From contig JBGGMJ010000188.1 of the NCBI GenBank assembly GCA_041288095.1, forward strand, positions 1-64,000: a DNA stretch of 64,000 nucleotides. Direction: 5' to 3'. This stretch comes from Myxococcota bacterium. Lineage in GTDB: Bacteria; Myxococcota; XYA12-FULL-58-9; JALHOP01. A program made the position numbers and the translations under genes. Below are positions 59,896 to 64,000 of the stretch, in pieces. Each line of letters starts with the position of its first letter. Positions within the stretch are counted from its first letter, which is position 1. A model generated the notes under the pieces. That model was not told the DNA's origin. It did not search any database and worked only from the letters and a program-made list of their open reading frames with translations.

Positions 59896-61025
59896 TCCCG
59901 GCGTGCTTCCAAGATATGGCCGATGACTTCGTCGCGCTCGTGGTCAGTCATCGACGAGCCGCTAGGCAAACACAGACCAATTTCAAACAAGCCCTGAGCG
60001 ACTGACCCGCCGACGCAGCGGCAATCCGCGAAGACCGGCTGCAGATGCATCGGCTTCCAGACAGGGCGCGCCTCGATGAGGCGAGTATCGAGATGCAAAC
60101 GAATCTGTTCGCGATCGCGGCCAAATACCTCCGGCTCCAGAAGGAGGCATGTCAGCCAGAACGTGCAGCGGCCATAGCTCGCCTCGGGCATGAACGTGAC
60201 ACCAGGAAGTCTCGCGAGGTGCTCCCGATATCCTTGATTGTGAGCGCGGCGACGCGCGACACGCGCGTCCAGGGTCTCCAACTGCCCGCGTCCAACCGCC
60301 GCGAGGAGGTTGCTCATGCGATAGTTGTAGCCGATTTCGCGATGTTCGTAGTGCGGCGCTGGCTCGCGCGCTTGTGTCGACAAATGCCGGGCACGCGCGA
60401 TGAGCCGCGCGTCTTGGCCGAGCAGCATGCCACCGCCGCTCGTCGTGATGATCTTGTTGCCATTGAAGGAAATAACCGCGAGCGACCCGAACGAGCCCGC
60501 CGGTTTGTCGCCGCACGTTGCACCCAGGGCTTCAGCGGCGTCCTCGATGAGTGGGACGTCGTGACGCTCGCAGATCTCAGCGATTCGCGAGTAGTCACAA
60601 CATTGCCCGTAGATATCGACGGTGATGACCGCCCGGATGCGGCGGTTGGCGCGCCGTGCGGCGGTGAGCTCCTCGTCCAAAAGGTCGGGGTCGAGAGTCC
60701 ACGTGTCGCGCCGGCAGTCGACGAATACCGGCGTTGCTCCGGTATAGCGGACAGCGTTGGCGGTTGCGGCAAAGGTGAGCGTCGGTAGCAAGACCTCGTC
60801 GCCTGGTCCAATGCCGTAGAGCACTAGAGCAAGATGAAGGGCGGCTGTACCGCTCGAGAGGGCCAAGCAATGCTCGACGCCTGTCACGGTGCTGATCTCG
60901 CGTTCGAAAGCGTCGACGTGAGGGCCCAGTGGCGCGAGCCAATTGGAATCGAAGGCGTCGAGTAAGAGCTCGCGCTCACGGGGACCGGCGTCGGGCGGCG
61001 AAAGGTAAAGGCGCTTCGTTCTCAT
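59892..61025 (-). CDS. DegT/DnrJ family sugar aminotransferase (PglE-like)
   Basis: SSGTAALHL, EDAAEALG, SFNGNKIITTSGGG and GYNYRMSN motifs. Confidence 0.93.
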   Translation of the reverse strand: MRTKRLYLSPPDAGPRERELLLDAFDSNWLAPLGPHVDAFEREISTVTGVEHCLALSSGTAALHLALVLYGIGPGDEVLLPTLTFAATANAVRYTGATPVFVDCRRDTWTLDPDLLDEELTAARRANRRIRAVITVDIYGQCCDYSRIAEICERHDVPLIEDAAEALGATCGDKPAGSFGSLAVISFNGNKIITTSGGGMLLGQDARLIARARHLSTQAREPAPHYEHREIGYNYRMSNLLAAVGRGQLETLDARVARRRAHNQGYREHLARLPGVTFMPEASYGRCTFWLTCLLLEPEVFGRDREQIRLHLDTRLIEARPVWKPMHLQPVFADCRCVGGSVAQGLFEIGLCLPSGSSMTDHERDEVIGHILEARRE

Positions 61026-62131
61026 CCGTCGCCCTTGACCGCTAGAGCGGTCGCTGCTGCAACCAGTGAGCTGTATGACGCCGATGCTCGTTCGGCAAGG
61101 AGGCGCTGGGCGCGGCTCACCTTGCGCGAGCGTAGGTCGGGGTCTGCGAGCATCCGTGCGATGCTGTCTCTTAGCGATGCGACATCGGTTGGATCGAAAT
61201 AGTCGGCCGCATCACCACAGATCTCGCGCGCGTAAGGCCGATCCGCCGCCAGAATAGGCACACCGAGACTCATCGCCTCGAGCAAGGGCAAGCCGACTGT
61301 CTCGACCAATGAGGGGAAAACCAACAAGTCGCTTGCTTCATAAGCGGCGCGCAGTTGACCACGGGTCGACAGCTTCAATACCTCGACGCCAGGTTGCGTC
61401 GTGGAAAACGCATCCGGAGACGCAAGCAGCAGCCGCGCGTTGGTTGTGCTTCGTACGCCCGCGAACGCATCCAGCAGCCGCTCGAGGTTCTTGTAGGCGA
61501 TGGTGTTGCCAACGTAGAGCAGGGTAGCGCGAGTCGGAGCTCGCAGTTGCGCGAGCAACATTTCGTCCACCGGCGGAAAGGATGGCGGCGGTGCTTGGAA
61601 GACCCGCACCCGCGCGTCCGGCACATCGAACGCCTGCACGACCGCGTTGCGCATGACTTCGGTCTGAACTCCAACGAGATCGGCACGCCGCGCCGACCTT
61701 CGCATCACTTCACGGATAGCGGCCACGCGCCATCGTGCTCTCGTCGGCAGGGCCCGGAGAGCCTCGGCGGAGAACGGCAGCGATTGCTGGATGAAGAGAA
61801 GGAGCGGCACCCGACTCGCGCCGACACCGCCGTTAGCCAGACACAGGAACGCGGACGCTCCTTGCCGTTTGGCCGCAATCGTGGACAAGCCCAGGTTCCA
61901 CGCAACCCGCGCCATGGTGTTGCTCGAAGCCGTGTCGCACTCCACGACCCGCAGCTTCCGCGAAAGAGGAAGCTCGAACCGGCGGTCGCGCCGCGGAGAA
62001 GCGAAGACGACGACGTCGTCGACGGAGTCGTGCGTGATCGCCGCCTCGACGACGCCCATGCCCACGACCGCGACGCCGCTATGACGTGCGCCGACGATAT
62101 CGATTGCTAGGCGCATGGGCGGATGCGTCAA
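61022..62131 (-). CDS. Glycosyltransferase family 4
   Basis: YKNL and FPSLVETVGLPLLEAM motifs. Confidence 0.85.
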   Translation of the reverse strand: MTHPPMRLAIDIVGARHSGVAVVGMGVVEAAITHDSVDDVVVFASPRRDRRFELPLSRKLRVVECDTASSNTMARVAWNLGLSTIAAKRQGASAFLCLANGGVGASRVPLLLFIQQSLPFSAEALRALPTRARWRVAAIREVMRRSARRADLVGVQTEVMRNAVVQAFDVPDARVRVFQAPPPSFPPVDEMLLAQLRAPTRATLLYVGNTIAYKNLERLLDAFAGVRSTTNARLLLASPDAFSTTQPGVEVLKLSTRGQLRAAYEASDLLVFPSLVETVGLPLLEAMSLGVPILAADRPYAREICGDAADYFDPTDVASLRDSIARMLADPDLRSRKVSRAQRLLAERASASYSSLVAAATALAVKGDG

Positions 62132-64000
62132 GCCCGAGCCGGCGCGCTTTTGTCTCCTTCGCCGTACACGTAGTAGCCATACTCGTAGTATTGGTGCTTA
62201 CCCTTGCCGCCAAGGTCGACGTTGTTCAGCACCACTCCGAAGAGCTTCGCGCCGACATCGTGCAAACGGCGTCTCGCCGCCCGTGCTGCCGGCCACGTCG
62301 TCTTGTTCGCGTGCACGACCAGCACGACTCCGTCCACCAAAGCGGACAGGACCTGTGCGTCGGTGACCACCCCGACCGGGGGTGAGTCGAAGACGATGCG
62401 GTCGTAGCGCTGTCGCAGCGACGTCACCAACGCGCGAAATGCCTCGGTGTGCAGCAGCTCCGCGGGGTTCGGCGGAATTGGTCCGCACGCAACGATATCG
62501 AGGCGATTGACAGTGGTTCGTTGAATTGCCTGCTCGAGTGTCGCCTCACCCAGCACCAGGTTGGAAACGCCGATGTCGTTGCTGACCCGGAAGCTCTGGT
62601 GCAGACGGGGGCGACGCATATCGGTGTCGACGATCAGCGTCCGGGCTCCCGATTCGGCAAGCGTGATGGCAAGATTCGCGACGAGCGTGCTCTTGCCTTC
62701 GCGCGGTCGGCTGCTTGCGATCAGCAGGCACTTCGCTGGTGCCTCTGGTGACGCGAACATGAGGTTGGTCCGCAGCGTTCTACAGCACTCGGCCACGCTC
62801 GAGCGTGGGTACTCGACGATGAAATGATCGCGAGTCGTGTCGGTGTCGCTCCCTTGCCCCTTGATGGCGGGGACTATGCCCAGGAACGGCACTCGCAAGA
62901 GACGTTCGACCTGCTCCTGGGACTTCAAGGTGTTGTCGAGGAGGTCCACGATGAAGGCCGCGACGAGACCGAGGAGCAAACCCGCAACGACCCCGACGGC
63001 GATGTTCATCTTGGTACGCGGTCGGATAGGAGCGTTCGGCGCGATGGCGTTCTCGAGCACGCGCACGTTGTTGACACGCAGCATTCGCGTGAGGTCGGCC
63101 TCCTTCTGCCGGTTCAGCACCAACGAATACAGCTGCTGATTGTTGTCGCGCTCACGTCGCAAGCGACCGTATTCGATCTCCTTCTTGTTGAGCTCTAGTG
63201 CTTCGACTTTGACTCCTTCGATGGCGGCGCGCAGTCGCGACTCCGTCTCGTGAGCGGTCGTGAACTCGCCCTCGATGGCGAGCGTGATGTTCTGGATTTC
63301 GTCCGCGACCTGACGCTCGAGCGTGCGCTCGCGCTCGCGGAGGGCAAGCACACGTGGATGCTCGGCGGTATAGCGAACGAGCAGCTCTGATTCTTCTTCG
63401 CGGAGCTTCGCGAGTGTGACCTTCAGCTCCTGGACCACGGAGCTCTGCCGGACTTCGTCGAGGCTATCGAGCGGAGCTTGCGCCGCCACGACCCGTTGTA
63501 GCTGCGCGCGCCTGCTTTCCAAGGTGATGCGTTTGGCCACCGCGGCGGAGAGCTCGCGGTTGATCTGCTCGAGCGTTTGGGAATTCATGGTCTGACGGTC
63601 CTCCATGGACGCCGAAACCATCCCGCTCGCGCTCTTGAACTCGTGGAGGGCGAGCTCGCTCTGCTCGAGCTTGCGTTTGAGGTCGCTCACCTGGTCGCCG
63701 AGCCAGGCGACCGCGGTCTCGGTCAAATTCAACTTGGTTTCGAGGTTGGCGTCCACATAAGCGGACGCGACTGCGTTGGTGAGAGCAGTGGCAACCTCCG
63801 GGTCGCGATGCTCGATCGCGACGCGCACCAGCTTGCTCTCCTTGACCGGCCGGACTTGTATCTTTCGTTGCAGGACGTCTGGGCCATCGAGTGCGGGCAA
63901 CACTTCCAAGAGCTCGCTCACCGTGCTGTCAGGATCGAGGTCGAAGACCACGAGCTTGTGAGCGAAAGTTGCGCGCTCGTTTTCGGGAAGCAGCTCGACT
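62128..64000 (-). CDS. wzc: Wzc-like polysaccharide co-polymerase / tyrosine autokinase; 5' partial
   Basis: Coiled coil, TM helix, Walker A SSRPREGKST, DTDMRRP, DSPP and C-terminal Tyr cluster YYEYGYYVY. Confidence 0.92.
   Translation of the reverse strand, partial: VELLPENERATFAHKLVVFDLDPDSTVSELLEVLPALDGPDVLQRKIQVRPVKESKLVRVAIEHRDPEVATALTNAVASAYVDANLETKLNLTETAVAWLGDQVSDLKRKLEQSELALHEFKSASGMVSASMEDRQTMNSQTLEQINRELSAAVAKRITLESRRAQLQRVVAAQAPLDSLDEVRQSSVVQELKVTLAKLREEESELLVRYTAEHPRVLALRERERTLERQVADEIQNITLAIEGEFTTAHETESRLRAAIEGVKVEALELNKKEIEYGRLRRERDNNQQLYSLVLNRQKEADLTRMLRVNNVRVLENAIAPNAPIRPRTKMNIAVGVVAGLLLGLVAAFIVDLLDNTLKSQEQVERLLRVPFLGIVPAIKGQGSDTDTTRDHFIVEYPRSSVAECCRTLRTNLMFASPEAPAKCLLIASSRPREGKSTLVANLAITLAESGARTLIVDTDMRRPRLHQSFRVSNDIGVSNLVLGEATLEQAIQRTTVNRLDIVACGPIPPNPAELLHTEAFRALVTSLRQRYDRIVFDSPPVGVVTDAQVLSALVDGVVLVVHANKTTWPAARAARRRLHDVGAKLFGVVLNNVDLGGKGKHQYYEYGYYVYGEGDKSAPARA

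Overview
High-GC bacterial genomic window. It most likely comes from a Myxococcota-like deltaproteobacterium; this is an inference from Cys-rich lipoproteins, a MYXO-CTERM-like metalloprotease, RCC1-repeat and DUF4397 surface proteins and a short OPX protein. The window holds about 60 tightly packed CDS. Housekeeping and metabolic genes include moaA, a DegP/Q protease, dapE, yhbY, a stress-type SDR/SRPBCC/Zn-ADH operon and a DES1-like sphingolipid desaturase. There is also a Tat/cytochrome-c lipoprotein trio, nucleotide-sugar genes (ugd-uxs-gmd, with fcl displaced) and a Wzc-dependent polysaccharide locus with a PglF/E/D/C-like bacillosamine pathway. I found no rRNA, tRNA, CRISPR array, integrase or transposase. 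The most striking unexplained signal is a recurring bipartite motif, RCAH-N15(16)-nnCGATA, with sigma28/FliA-like geometry. It lies just upstream of about ten scattered, mostly monocistronic orphan genes. Most of their products start with disordered Ser/Pro/Ala/Thr-rich leaders and have no clear Sec signal. They include an M1 aminopeptidase, a PD40+Kelch protein, an HExxH protein, two hydrophobic-hairpin proteins and an EspA/Bsp22-like protein. My hypothesis is a dispersed regulon of type III/flagellar-type exported substrates under an alternative sigma factor. One member sits between two reciprocally degenerated copies of the dapE-EamA gene junction. All family assignments come from reading motifs by eye; no database searches were run.
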